A stretch of DNA of 55,700 bases from a virus (taxonomy: Duplodnaviria > Caudoviricetes). Both the position numbers and the translations under genes were made by a program. Below, in pieces: positions 28,248-37,179 of the stretch. The notes under the pieces are model-generated. The model was not told the DNA's origin. It did no database searches and saw nothing but the letters and a program-made list of their open reading frames with translations. Position 1 is the stretch's first letter; each line of letters opens with the position of its first letter. The stretch is from positions 1 through 55,700 of IMG/VR virus record IMGVR_UViG_3300029448_006778; one strand, written 5' to 3'.

Positions 28248-29380
28248 ATACTCATTACCTTTTTAAGTTTTTTTAAAACTCTATCACTTTCAACTCTATT
28301 ATCAAAAAAGTGATTTAAATTATGTAATCTAATTTCATTTGTCTTCATTACTTCGGTATGAAACTCATCATCTGACATCTCATTAAATCTTTTAATTTCC
28401 ATAAGTACATGATTTAGTCGGTTTTGCCATTTTGGTTTTGTATCATATGACTCATCAATAATATTTGAATATGTTTTATATCCCATATCTTTTAATCGTT
28501 GTAACGAACCTTGATTTCCCAATAATATAAAAGGTAATCCAAAGTAAAGAGGTCTTAGAGTTTTTTCTGTTAAGAATAAATGATTATCAACATTTGCTTC
28601 ACTCTCCGATACAATATCTATAGAATGTTGTTGATACAATGGTAATAAGTTTTCTTTATGTGGTGTTAACCACTTCATATCCGCAAATGCATGTTTTATG
28701 TTCATATTTAAATGTTGATCTTTATCCATATTATTCATAGTTACTCTCGTATCCTCAAGTATTGGTCCTACTTCTTTTTCATATAATTCCTCTACACTTT
28801 TATAGTTCATATTTTTAAAATTATAAACATCTAAAGGTTTACCATATTCTAATTCTGAATGATTGATATATTTATCTAATTTGTGTTTCTTTATAGATTT
28901 TAAAAATAATTGTCTGTGTTCCTTTAACCTACCATTCATATTTAAAAATCTATATGGTTTTTTATCATTAAGTGTTTTAGTTATTGTATCCAATACTTTG
29001 TCTTTATATTTTGGACTAAAATTCTCTTTTATCGCAACTTCCATAAAATATGCACTAACAATGTTTATCTTATTATCAATTGAATTAATTTTACAATATC
29101 TATCATATTCTGTTTCTAATGAGTCATCACCCATAACCAATATAATTTTATCAGTAGGTAATGAAAATTTTGTAATCCATTTATATAAGTCTTCAAATAT
29201 ATGAAAGTCTGAAACTTCATGTTCGTGTGCAACTACTAAATAATCATATTCAGTAATAAGTTTCCCATTACAATCTTTTAACTTATCTCCATATATTCTT
29301 TCTATATTAATAATAGAAATATTACTATCATATCCTCGTGGATATAAATTATGAAAATAGTTTCCTAACATATAGTTCAT
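28244..29380 (-). CDS. GT10-like protein, paralog family A
   Basis: FLNMNGR..EHR, IDIVSES...FLTEK.LRP...PFILLG...GYKTY...DESYD. Confidence 0.6.
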   Translation of the reverse strand: MNYMLGNYFHNLYPRGYDSNISIINIERIYGDKLKDCNGKLITEYDYLVVAHEHEVSDFHIFEDLYKWITKFSLPTDKIILVMGDDSLETEYDRYCKINSIDNKINIVSAYFMEVAIKENFSPKYKDKVLDTITKTLNDKKPYRFLNMNGRLKEHRQLFLKSIKKHKLDKYINHSELEYGKPLDVYNFKNMNYKSVEELYEKEVGPILEDTRVTMNNMDKDQHLNMNIKHAFADMKWLTPHKENLLPLYQQHSIDIVSESEANVDNHLFLTEKTLRPLYFGLPFILLGNQGSLQRLKDMGYKTYSNIIDESYDTKPKWQNRLNHVLMEIKRFNEMSDDEFHTEVMKTNEIRLHNLNHFFDNRVESDRVLKKLKKVMSI

Positions 29381-29381
29381 A

Positions 29382-30422
29382 TTAGTTACTCGACTCCAAT
29401 TCTGTTAATAATTCTTTTAGTCTATCTATCTGTTCCCATGATAAATCTTTTGCAACCGTCCAATTGTGTTTTAGTCTCTGTTGTATTTCTTTACTATAGT
29501 ACCAATTATGTAATTCGGTTAATGTATATTTTCCACTTATTCTTTTAATATTTTCACATACTTTTGAATATCTCATTTTGTCGTTTTGAATATCATCATA
29601 TGATTCATCAAATATATCAAAAAAAGTTTGAAATCCAAATGACTTTAATACTTTTAAAAAACCTGGTGAACCCAACACGATAAAAGGTTGAAATGCAAGA
29701 ATAGGTTTAAATATTTTTTCATCAAGAAAATCTGTAGTTGCCTGTGCATCTCCATTTGGTAAAGTTACAATATTGATATATGAATCAAAATGTAATGGAT
29801 AATTTATTAATGTAGGATCCATAATAGAGTTTCTTCCCCATTTTTCATCACCATCTAAAAAAATAGGATTATCATCTTTAGTATACGAATAATGTGTCTT
29901 ATTTAAAAGATTAGTTTTTTTAAGAAAACTATACAAATAATCTCTATGTTTCTTTTTTTCTCTATTTAATGATATAAAATATTTTGTTCTTCTAAACTTC
30001 TGTCCTGATTCAAATAGTTCAAGTGTATTACTTGTTGGATTTTTTTCTACCATATGTGTTAACAAATAATTAAAAGTATCGGTATTATTTTTAACACCAA
30101 ACTTTGGAATACTTTTTACCACATCTGGACTTAAAATATAAACTGGATTATTATGATTTAATTCAACTCTTGTACCACCCCAATTACTTGCAGAATCATC
30201 TATTAAAACAACAACTGGTATATGAATATCTTTGAGTACTTTTTTTATAAAATTACCATCGTGATAATCTTTAGTAAATTTCTCACCATTCATAACAAGT
30301 ATATCACCAGTTTCATATTCAAATTCTAAATCTACTACTTCTTTAAATTCTTTATCAATCCACTTTAATATAGTTTTACATAACTTTGGAAAGTTATTTC
30401 CATTATCTAATATATAAATCAT
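29382..30422 (-). CDS. GT10-like protein, paralog family A
   Basis: FISLNR...HR, YINIVT...FLDEKIFKP...PFIVLG...GFQTF...DESYD. Confidence 0.6.
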   Translation of the reverse strand: MIYILDNGNNFPKLCKTILKWIDKEFKEVVDLEFEYETGDILVMNGEKFTKDYHDGNFIKKVLKDIHIPVVVLIDDSASNWGGTRVELNHNNPVYILSPDVVKSIPKFGVKNNTDTFNYLLTHMVEKNPTSNTLELFESGQKFRRTKYFISLNREKKKHRDYLYSFLKKTNLLNKTHYSYTKDDNPIFLDGDEKWGRNSIMDPTLINYPLHFDSYINIVTLPNGDAQATTDFLDEKIFKPILAFQPFIVLGSPGFLKVLKSFGFQTFFDIFDESYDDIQNDKMRYSKVCENIKRISGKYTLTELHNWYYSKEIQQRLKHNWTVAKDLSWEQIDRLKELLTELESSN

Positions 30423-31333
30423 TTTTGTAATTCCTCGTAATATTCTATTGTTTCTGTTAATCCCATTTGTAATGTATATTCTCTTTCAAACCCATAGGAT
30501 TTCATTCTATCTGTGTTCATTTGTCTTCTCATATCACCATTTGGTTTTGTTAAATCATACTCTATCTCTGTTCCAAAGTATGTACCAATCACACTTGCAA
30601 TATCTGATATTCTAACTTCTTCACCACTACCAAGATTCACAACATCATTCACTCTATTCTGAACCATATGTATCATTCCACGAGCTACATCTTTTGAATA
30701 TATGAAATCTCGTATTGGTGTTCCATCACCCCAAACATTTAATACTTTATTATGATAACCCTTTTTAATCATTGATGCAATCACGGTAGATTCATCACCA
30801 AAATTATCAAAAGGGCCGTATATGTTTGCTGGTCTAACAATGGATATATTTTTATAATTATTTGTAATACTAACAGCTTCACAACTTAACTCTCCCATTC
30901 GTTTTATGTATGCAGGAATCTTATCGTTCTCACTTGGAACTCTATCCCACACATCATCTTCATTATAAAATTCACTTGGTGGATAAACCCCAACTGAACT
31001 TGTGTAAAGAAACCAATCAGGTTTCCATTTACCAACTGCACGAATCACATTCGTATCAAATTGTAACATTGGTAAGTAATCTTCTGGTCTTTCCTTTACT
31101 CTCAAAGGTGAACCCTTAATACCTGCCAAGTGATATATGTGATCATAATCTGCAATAATACTTGTGTTACTACTATGAGTCATATCTAATCCATAATACT
31201 TTGCGTTACTTGGTAAATCTTGTGGTATGTTGAAATCTTTATCAACTACACCAACCTTATCATAAATTTTAGAACACAACTCTACAAGTTGTCTTCCTAC
31301 CATTCCTCTCCCACCGATTATAAGTGCTTTCAT
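30419..31333 (-). CDS. NAD-dependent epimerase/dehydratase (GDP-fucose synthase-like SDR)
   Basis: IIGGRGMVG, YTSSVGVYP, RPANIYGPFDNF, VWGDGTPIRDFIY; paralog of 25086-26036. Confidence 0.85.
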   Translation of the reverse strand: MKALIIGGRGMVGRQLVELCSKIYDKVGVVDKDFNIPQDLPSNAKYYGLDMTHSSNTSIIADYDHIYHLAGIKGSPLRVKERPEDYLPMLQFDTNVIRAVGKWKPDWFLYTSSVGVYPPSEFYNEDDVWDRVPSENDKIPAYIKRMGELSCEAVSITNNYKNISIVRPANIYGPFDNFGDESTVIASMIKKGYHNKVLNVWGDGTPIRDFIYSKDVARGMIHMVQNRVNDVVNLGSGEEVRISDIASVIGTYFGTEIEYDLTKPNGDMRRQMNTDRMKSYGFEREYTLQMGLTETIEYYEELQK

Positions 31334-32046
31334 TTTATCTCCTTTAGTAGATATTCAAACCATTCTTTATTTCCTTTATCATTTGGATGGCCATCGTTTT
31401 TTGCATAATAGGAAATATCTTTGTTTTTCAACTCTAAATCTATATAATGTCCACCACAAAAATCTTCCCAAGATATATCAACAAGTGAATCATAAACATT
31501 AAGATATTTTGGAAAGTATTTTGTTGTTAACTCTTTTAACTTACCGATTGAATTAAACATTATATTATCTATATTATTATTTTCAAAAATATTCTGTAAA
31601 GAGATAATAAAGTGATTTGTTTTTTGAACATATTCCTCTTCAGAGAATAAATTTTTAAAGTAAAACTTCCAATGATTATATTCTCGTGTTGGCCATGATT
31701 CAGGTTTGTTATCAACTAATATACTCATAATATCTATTTTTTCATATTCTCTTTCTGGTCTGTTTAACAATGTTTGTGGATGTTTAAATTCAAATCTTGT
31801 TGATTCTGTCCAACCGATAAGAAAAAGTGTATCGTTTAATTTATCTGTATTCTCGTGTATCCAATCAATTGTTTTTCTAAAAATCATTTGATTAGAACCA
31901 CCACCCTCTGATAAATTAATATCTTCTGCACCAAAGTGTTTTGCGAATAATGTGGATACTCTATTCTCTTTATTAGTTGTACCATATCCCTCAGCCCAAC
32001 TACAACCACAAGTAACTATGTATTTGTACTTTAATATTTTGGCCAT
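31330..32046 (-). CDS. SGNH-like protein, paralog family B
   Basis: VTCGCSWAEG, NLSEGGGSN, IGWTE..RFE, DGHPN. Confidence 0.65.
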   Translation of the reverse strand: MAKILKYKYIVTCGCSWAEGYGTTNKENRVSTLFAKHFGAEDINLSEGGGSNQMIFRKTIDWIHENTDKLNDTLFLIGWTESTRFEFKHPQTLLNRPEREYEKIDIMSILVDNKPESWPTREYNHWKFYFKNLFSEEEYVQKTNHFIISLQNIFENNNIDNIMFNSIGKLKELTTKYFPKYLNVYDSLVDISWEDFCGGHYIDLELKNKDISYYAKNDGHPNDKGNKEWFEYLLKEIK

Positions 32047-32732
32047 ACCTTTTCCTTAATTTTTGATTTTTCTTCAATAATATCAAATAAATAATTACTC
32101 CACTTTTTATGATTTACTTTATTAGGATGGCCGTCAATCTTTGAAATATATTCTGTATGTTCAAATGGTGTAGTTGAGTGATTACCACCACAAAATTCTT
32201 CCCAACTCATATCTACAAATCTATCAAAGATATTTTGTGTGGTTTGTAATAATCCTGATGTAGTATCGAATAGTAAATAATTAACATCTTGTTTTTGTAA
32301 AAATGATTCAAATAATATAATATCTCTAATAAATTTTTCTCTCATCAGTTCTTCACTAAAAAAATGTTCTACATAATATTTCCAATGTTTTGCATAATCT
32401 ACTCCATGTTCTTTTACCTGATTATCAAATGATTGTTTATGTGTAAAACTTGTTGGATGTCCTTTATGAAATACTTGATTTATATCATCCCATATATCCC
32501 ATCTATAATATCCTGAAAATCCAATAACAAAATAATGATTTTTGATATTACGATGGTTCAAAATATAATCCATCGTAGTTCTCATAACCCAATCATTTGA
32601 TGCACCACCTTGACAAACATTTTTTTCTGAACATTCCATTAATTTAGATAAGTGATAACTGAATCGTTCATTCTTTTCAACTCCCATTCCCTGTAACCAA
32701 CTTGCTCCATTTACATACAAAGTATTATACAT
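32031..32732 (-). CDS. SGNH-like protein, paralog family B
   Basis: YVNGASW, GGASN, DGHPN. Shares VD(M/I)SWE(E/D)FCGG with the adjacent gene, suggesting a tandem duplication. Confidence 0.65.
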   Translation of the reverse strand: MYNTLYVNGASWLQGMGVEKNERFSYHLSKLMECSEKNVCQGGASNDWVMRTTMDYILNHRNIKNHYFVIGFSGYYRWDIWDDINQVFHKGHPTSFTHKQSFDNQVKEHGVDYAKHWKYYVEHFFSEELMREKFIRDIILFESFLQKQDVNYLLFDTTSGLLQTTQNIFDRFVDMSWEEFCGGNHSTTPFEHTEYISKIDGHPNKVNHKKWSNYLFDIIEEKSKIKEKVWPKY

Positions 32733-33375
32733 CTTTAATTACCCTATAAAGTTTTCTAAAAAACATATTATTTGATTTTCTACCAGGATGTGTTTTGTTA
32801 TTACCATAGTCTTCATATTCTAACTTGATATTATTATCTAAATGTTGTGAGTCTTCAATTGATAACAACACACTTGGTATATCTTTTAATAAAATTTTTG
32901 TTGACTCAATATAATTTTCACTTATACTTTTTAATTTTTCTTCACCAATTAATTTAATAAGTTTTTCCCATTTTGAACTCCATGGGCCACCTGGTTCATC
33001 TATAAAATCAAAACGATGGTGGTATGTAAAGTAAACAACTACACATTTTACATTTTTTATATTTGGTAATTCTCTCTTTAAAGTGTTATAAATGTATTCA
33101 TTTGAACACGAACCTTGAGATAAATTAATTAAATTACAATTCATTTTTTCTGATAATCTATGCGACCAAGTATCCTCTATATTTAGTCCTAATCCAAAAG
33201 TGAAACTATCTCCAACCACAACTAAGTTATCATCATACCATTTACCTGAACCATCATATCTATATCCACTTTCATTAAAATGATAATCTGTTTTACTTGA
33301 TGTGTCACCTGCATAATAGTTACTATGGTTACTAATTAGATGTTTTCTATTTCCTATATATTTTAAACTATCCAT
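32725..33375 (-). CDS. SGNH/GDSL-like protein, paralog family B
   Basis: FNESGYR, VVGDSFTFG, NLSQGSCSN, THPG. Confidence 0.65.
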   Translation of the reverse strand: MDSLKYIGNRKHLISNHSNYYAGDTSSKTDYHFNESGYRYDGSGKWYDDNLVVVGDSFTFGLGLNIEDTWSHRLSEKMNCNLINLSQGSCSNEYIYNTLKRELPNIKNVKCVVVYFTYHHRFDFIDEPGGPWSSKWEKLIKLIGEEKLKSISENYIESTKILLKDIPSVLLSIEDSQHLDNNIKLEYEDYGNNKTHPGRKSNNMFFRKLYRVIKDV

Positions 33376-34879
33376 TTACAATTCTTTTCAACTTAACAAA
33401 CATTTCACGATATACATTGTCATTAAAATGATTTATAAAATATTCATGGTTATGTATCATATCTTTTTTTGACTTATAAACTAATTTGTGTAATTCTGTT
33501 CTTGACATTGAACTTAATCTTTTAATATTCTCATATATTATATCAAGTCTATCTCTACCATCTTCAACTTCATCGTATGAATTATCAAAGATATTATCAA
33601 AGGTTTTGAATCCTAATTTTTTTAATGCTCTTATAGTTCCTGGTTCACTTATCGGTATAAATGGTGTACCGAGTGCAAGAGGTCTCCATATCTTTTCTGT
33701 AAATATTGGCCCACAAGATGGTTCATTATAGAAACCACCATCTTCTTTACCAAAATTTCCTGAATATGTTTCACAACATATATCAAAATAAACATTTAAA
33801 TATGATATTGGATTATAATACGGACCATATGTAGTATCATAATGTGTTAGTAATCTTGAACCTTTATCATTTTTTGCAGATTCACTTGAATGTGCAAGTG
33901 TCATAGGATCATCAATTCGTGAAGTTGTGTAATTTATATTATTTAAATCATCCAATTCAATTTCCATCATATCATGTGTTAATGGTAGTATTGGTTTTAA
34001 TGTTTTCATCCACTCATCAAATTCTTTTTTTGGAATAGAACCACACAATTCATATAAATTAAATGCTCTCGTTGAATGTGTTGCATTACCCATTGATGGA
34101 AAGTTTATTTTGTTGTCTTCTTGTATTTCTTGAAAAGAACAATATCCCTTTTTATATAATCCATCTCTTACCAAATTATACATTAGTAAAACTCTTGGTG
34201 TTCTTGGCATAAAATTATTGAACATAAAGTGTTTCGGTCTTAAAAAATATTCTTGATTTAAAATTAAATTACTCCAAATATTATCTTTTGATAATCCTTT
34301 AAAGGAATCATATGCATTTGAACAATGTGTAACAAATGGTATTGCATTAATTTTTTTACTATACTTTCCCCACAATTCATCAACAAGTACATCACCATCA
34401 CTATAAATTATACTTTCATGTGGTATTTGATTTTTGTCTAAGTATTCAATCGTATTTTTTATATTTGACTCTTCCATAATTCTACCCTCAGGAGAAGTAT
34501 CAAACCATATTTTTGCCCTACCACTTTTTATATTCTCAATATGATTACTTGTTAATCCCAATTCTAAAACAAACTTTATCTGATTGTATGGTCCGTGATT
34601 TGATGAATCTGGTTGATATTCAACATATATAAGATATGGTTCATTTTTGTCTAAGAAATCCTCAGTATGATGTATTTTGAATTTATCCTTACCACCATCA
34701 AAAAAATAAAACAAATGTGATAATCCACTACCATATTTATTTTCCTCATCTGAAACATATAATCTCTGTGTTCCCCAAAGTTTCCAATGAGATGTTTTGC
34801 TTCCTGCTTTCCTTGGTTCTTCTGAACCAACTTCATTTCTATCAATTTCACTATATTTAAATGCAATAATATCTAACAT
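33368..34879 (-). CDS. GT10-like protein, paralog family A
   Basis: YFDICCET...IFTEKIWRP...PFIP...LKKLGFKTF...DNSYD. Start moved to 34879 (AGGAG SD). Confidence 0.6.
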   Translation of the reverse strand: MLDIIAFKYSEIDRNEVGSEEPRKAGSKTSHWKLWGTQRLYVSDEENKYGSGLSHLFYFFDGGKDKFKIHHTEDFLDKNEPYLIYVEYQPDSSNHGPYNQIKFVLELGLTSNHIENIKSGRAKIWFDTSPEGRIMEESNIKNTIEYLDKNQIPHESIIYSDGDVLVDELWGKYSKKINAIPFVTHCSNAYDSFKGLSKDNIWSNLILNQEYFLRPKHFMFNNFMPRTPRVLLMYNLVRDGLYKKGYCSFQEIQEDNKINFPSMGNATHSTRAFNLYELCGSIPKKEFDEWMKTLKPILPLTHDMMEIELDDLNNINYTTSRIDDPMTLAHSSESAKNDKGSRLLTHYDTTYGPYYNPISYLNVYFDICCETYSGNFGKEDGGFYNEPSCGPIFTEKIWRPLALGTPFIPISEPGTIRALKKLGFKTFDNIFDNSYDEVEDGRDRLDIIYENIKRLSSMSRTELHKLVYKSKKDMIHNHEYFINHFNDNVYREMFVKLKRIVNG

Positions 34880-34887
34880 ACTAACTC

Positions 34888-35583
34888 CTAAAACATTACC
34901 CAATTACCAGTACCATGATGTGGATAATCACTTTTATATTTATAATAAAATACATCTTTAGGTACATCTTGTTTTTTACCCCAAGTTTTATCAACTGGTG
35001 TATTTGTAGAAAGGTTATTATCCTCAATTACAAACTCTAAAGGTAAATCATTGTTACGAGCATATTTATATACCTCGTGAAATATCCCACTTTCAAATGT
35101 CATATCACCAATAAAACACCATACTTTAGGTAATCTATTTTCACGATGTTTTTTATTATCTCTTTTTATAGATAAGGCAGTTCCCAATGCGATTGGTAAA
35201 GTTCCACCTACGATTGATGATGAATAAAATTTCCATTGTTTATCTATTGGATGTGTATCCTTATTTTCAGAATTAAAGTGATTAACACTCATACTCTTAC
35301 CATCCTTAATTTGTCTCATTACATTATCTCTATCTATACCATGTAATAATGCATGATAATGGTTTCTCCAACTACAAAAAACCCAATCCATTTCACTTAC
35401 ATATTGAAAAACCTCTATCAATTGTTCTTCATTATTTGATGCAAGATGGACTGGTGCAGTAATTTCACCATCATTATAAGAATCTGCGACTTCTGTTTCG
35501 AAGTCAATTAAATCTTGTTTAGTTAAAGTTATATCTCTAATAACTCCACCATCTAAAATGTGTTTTGGTATCTGTACACTCAT
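34888..35583 (-). CDS. TPP-dependent dehydrogenase E1-alpha-like subunit (short)
   Basis: APVHL, WRNHYHAL, SSIVGG, TPP motif GDMTFESG...EDNN, YPHHGTG. Confidence 0.85.
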   Translation of the reverse strand: MSVQIPKHILDGGVIRDITLTKQDLIDFETEVADSYNDGEITAPVHLASNNEEQLIEVFQYVSEMDWVFCSWRNHYHALLHGIDRDNVMRQIKDGKSMSVNHFNSENKDTHPIDKQWKFYSSSIVGGTLPIALGTALSIKRDNKKHRENRLPKVWCFIGDMTFESGIFHEVYKYARNNDLPLEFVIEDNNLSTNTPVDKTWGKKQDVPKDVFYYKYKSDYPHHGTGNWVMF

Positions 35584-36086
35584 TTGTCTCTCCCATATAC
35601 TATTGGATTATCTATTGGCCATTGTATTTTTAACATCGGATCATTCCACTTAACACTAATCTGTTCACTTGTATCAATATACTCATTTGGATAAGATTGT
35701 GTATAGTGAAATACACACTCATCAGTTAAACATAAGTGTCCATTAAGAAAACCTGGTGGAACTAATACACTCATATGATTTCTATCTGATATCAAATAAC
35801 TTTCCCAATTTAAATAATTTACACTATCTTCTCTATAATCAACGACAACTAAATATATTTCACCATACACACAAGTAATGTGTTTCCAAGTTTCGTTGTC
35901 TCCGTGTAAACCTCTTAGGACATTCTTTCTTGAACGAGTGAATTTAGATATTTTTTCTTTTGGTGTTTCATATGAGTTTTCCCAATATGTCCACATCTCA
36001 CCACGATAATCCATATGTGGTTTTGGTGCAAACATTGTTACTTCTGGTAAAACATCTGATTCTTTTTTATCGTATGGGAATGTCAT
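35580..36086 (-). CDS. rmlC: dTDP-4-dehydrorhamnose 3,5-epimerase family (cupin)
   Basis: DYRG, SRKNVLRGLHG, LVVVDYR, VPPGFLNGH, VKWNDP...WP. Confidence 0.85.
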   Translation of the reverse strand: MTFPYDKKESDVLPEVTMFAPKPHMDYRGEMWTYWENSYETPKEKISKFTRSRKNVLRGLHGDNETWKHITCVYGEIYLVVVDYREDSVNYLNWESYLISDRNHMSVLVPPGFLNGHLCLTDECVFHYTQSYPNEYIDTSEQISVKWNDPMLKIQWPIDNPIVYGRDK

Positions 36087-37045
36087 AATGATGTTCCATA
36101 ACTTAATGGAAATGCATTTCTATAATGTGAACTTTCTTGTGGAACTATAATTTGGTATGCCTGAATTAATTCTTGTACACCATCTTCAATACTATACTTT
36201 GGTTTCCAACCAGTAGATTCTATCTTTTTATTACTAACGACATAATCTCTTTTATCTGGATCTACAAAATAATCTGAATAAGTAATTGAAGTGTTAGGAA
36301 TATATTTTTGTATTCTTTCTACTAATTGTTTTTTATTGATGTTTGTGTCTGATAAACCAACATTGAATATTTGTCCTTTATGTTTATCATAGTTTTCAAT
36401 CATAAACTCAAATACTGATGCAACATCTTGTATGTGAATAAAGTTTCTAACAAAAGTTTTTTCAAATATTGTTATATACTTATCTGTCAATAACTTATAT
36501 ACAAATTCATTTACCAACAAATCCAATCTCATACGACTTGATACACCAAATACGGTTGCCAATCTAAATACAATACCATTACTAAATGATTTGATATAAT
36601 TTTCCGCATCACACTTGGTGTGTCCATAATGTGATACTGGTGTTAGTCTATCCTCTTCTGATACTTCCCCATCATTCCTACTACCATAACCACTATTAGT
36701 ATTTGGAAATAATAATTGTTGTTCTTTAGTAATATTATCTACTATGTCTTTAATGTGATGGTAATTTATTGAAGTTGCAAGTTGTTTATCATTTTCACAT
36801 GCAGGAAACCCTACAAGTGCTGCAAGTGGAATTATAACATCATGTTTTGTAACCTGTTCTATTAGTAATTTATAATCACGAACATCACCATAAATAAATT
36901 TGAAATTTGAATTTCCACATAAATCTATTAATGATGTTTGATTATACATCAAATTATCTATAATGGTTACACTATGATTTTGTAACAATTTTCTGGTGAT
37001 AACTGAACCTAAGTATCCAGCTCCACCTGTAATTAATATTCGCAT
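36083..37045 (-). CDS. NAD-dependent epimerase/dehydratase (extended SDR)
   Basis: ILITGGAGYLG, LAALVG, YGHTK (YxxxK), RLATVFG, DKRDY. Confidence 0.9.
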   Translation of the reverse strand: MRILITGGAGYLGSVITRKLLQNHSVTIIDNLMYNQTSLIDLCGNSNFKFIYGDVRDYKLLIEQVTKHDVIIPLAALVGFPACENDKQLATSINYHHIKDIVDNITKEQQLLFPNTNSGYGSRNDGEVSEEDRLTPVSHYGHTKCDAENYIKSFSNGIVFRLATVFGVSSRMRLDLLVNEFVYKLLTDKYITIFEKTFVRNFIHIQDVASVFEFMIENYDKHKGQIFNVGLSDTNINKKQLVERIQKYIPNTSITYSDYFVDPDKRDYVVSNKKIESTGWKPKYSIEDGVQELIQAYQIIVPQESSHYRNAFPLSYGTSL

Positions 37046-37071
37046 AAAAAAGCCTCCAAGTAATTAGAGGC
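37046..37071 (-). terminator. Intrinsic terminator hairpin that also contains the SD of the downstream gene
   Basis: Minus strand reads GCCTCTAA-TTAC-TTGGAGGC-TTTTTT-ATG: an 8-bp stem (one G-U) plus 6 U, with GGAGG in the 3' arm. Confidence 0.75.
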
Positions 37072-37170
37072 ATCTATATAGTAAAACTATTTAAATGCCA
37101 CCCTTATTTTATAGTCTACGATAGTGGGTTAGGACTTTCTCCGAAGAGTGTTAGCACTACCTGACTTATA
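37046..37170 (-). ncRNA. Candidate structured cis-regulatory leader RNA (riboswitch/attenuator-like)
   Basis: Longest non-coding gap in the window. Hand pairing: AGTC/GACT and GTAGTG/CACTAT stems enclose a CTC-TTCG-GAG hairpin, followed by a 14-position antiterminator-like hairpin overlapping the terminator. Confidence 0.55.
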
Positions 37171-37179
37171 TATAAATAG
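37171..37179 (-). promoter_or_regulatory. Putative late-promoter motif (CTATTTATA) immediately upstream of the structured leader
   Basis: Directly after the sulfotransferase stop; same core as the other intergenic motifs. Confidence 0.5.

Noticed and set aside
16998-34903. Longer N-termini in the ORF track (16998, 17609, 19068, 23078, 26066, 34903; also 1105)
   Set aside because: They overlap the upstream gene, and downstream ATGs have SD sequences or stop/start coupling and match where the family domain begins.
34888-35583. Pyruvate dehydrogenase as a central-metabolism auxiliary gene
   Set aside because: The subunits are short, E2 and E3 are absent, and the neighbours are nucleotide-sugar genes.
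37046-37170. Assignment of the leader to a tRNA, SAM-II/SAM-V riboswitch, wcaG/manA RNA or ops/JUMPStart element
   Set aside because: There is no cloverleaf or T-loop. Only fragments resemble known elements (GCATTT, GGTAG), which is not enough without a covariance search.
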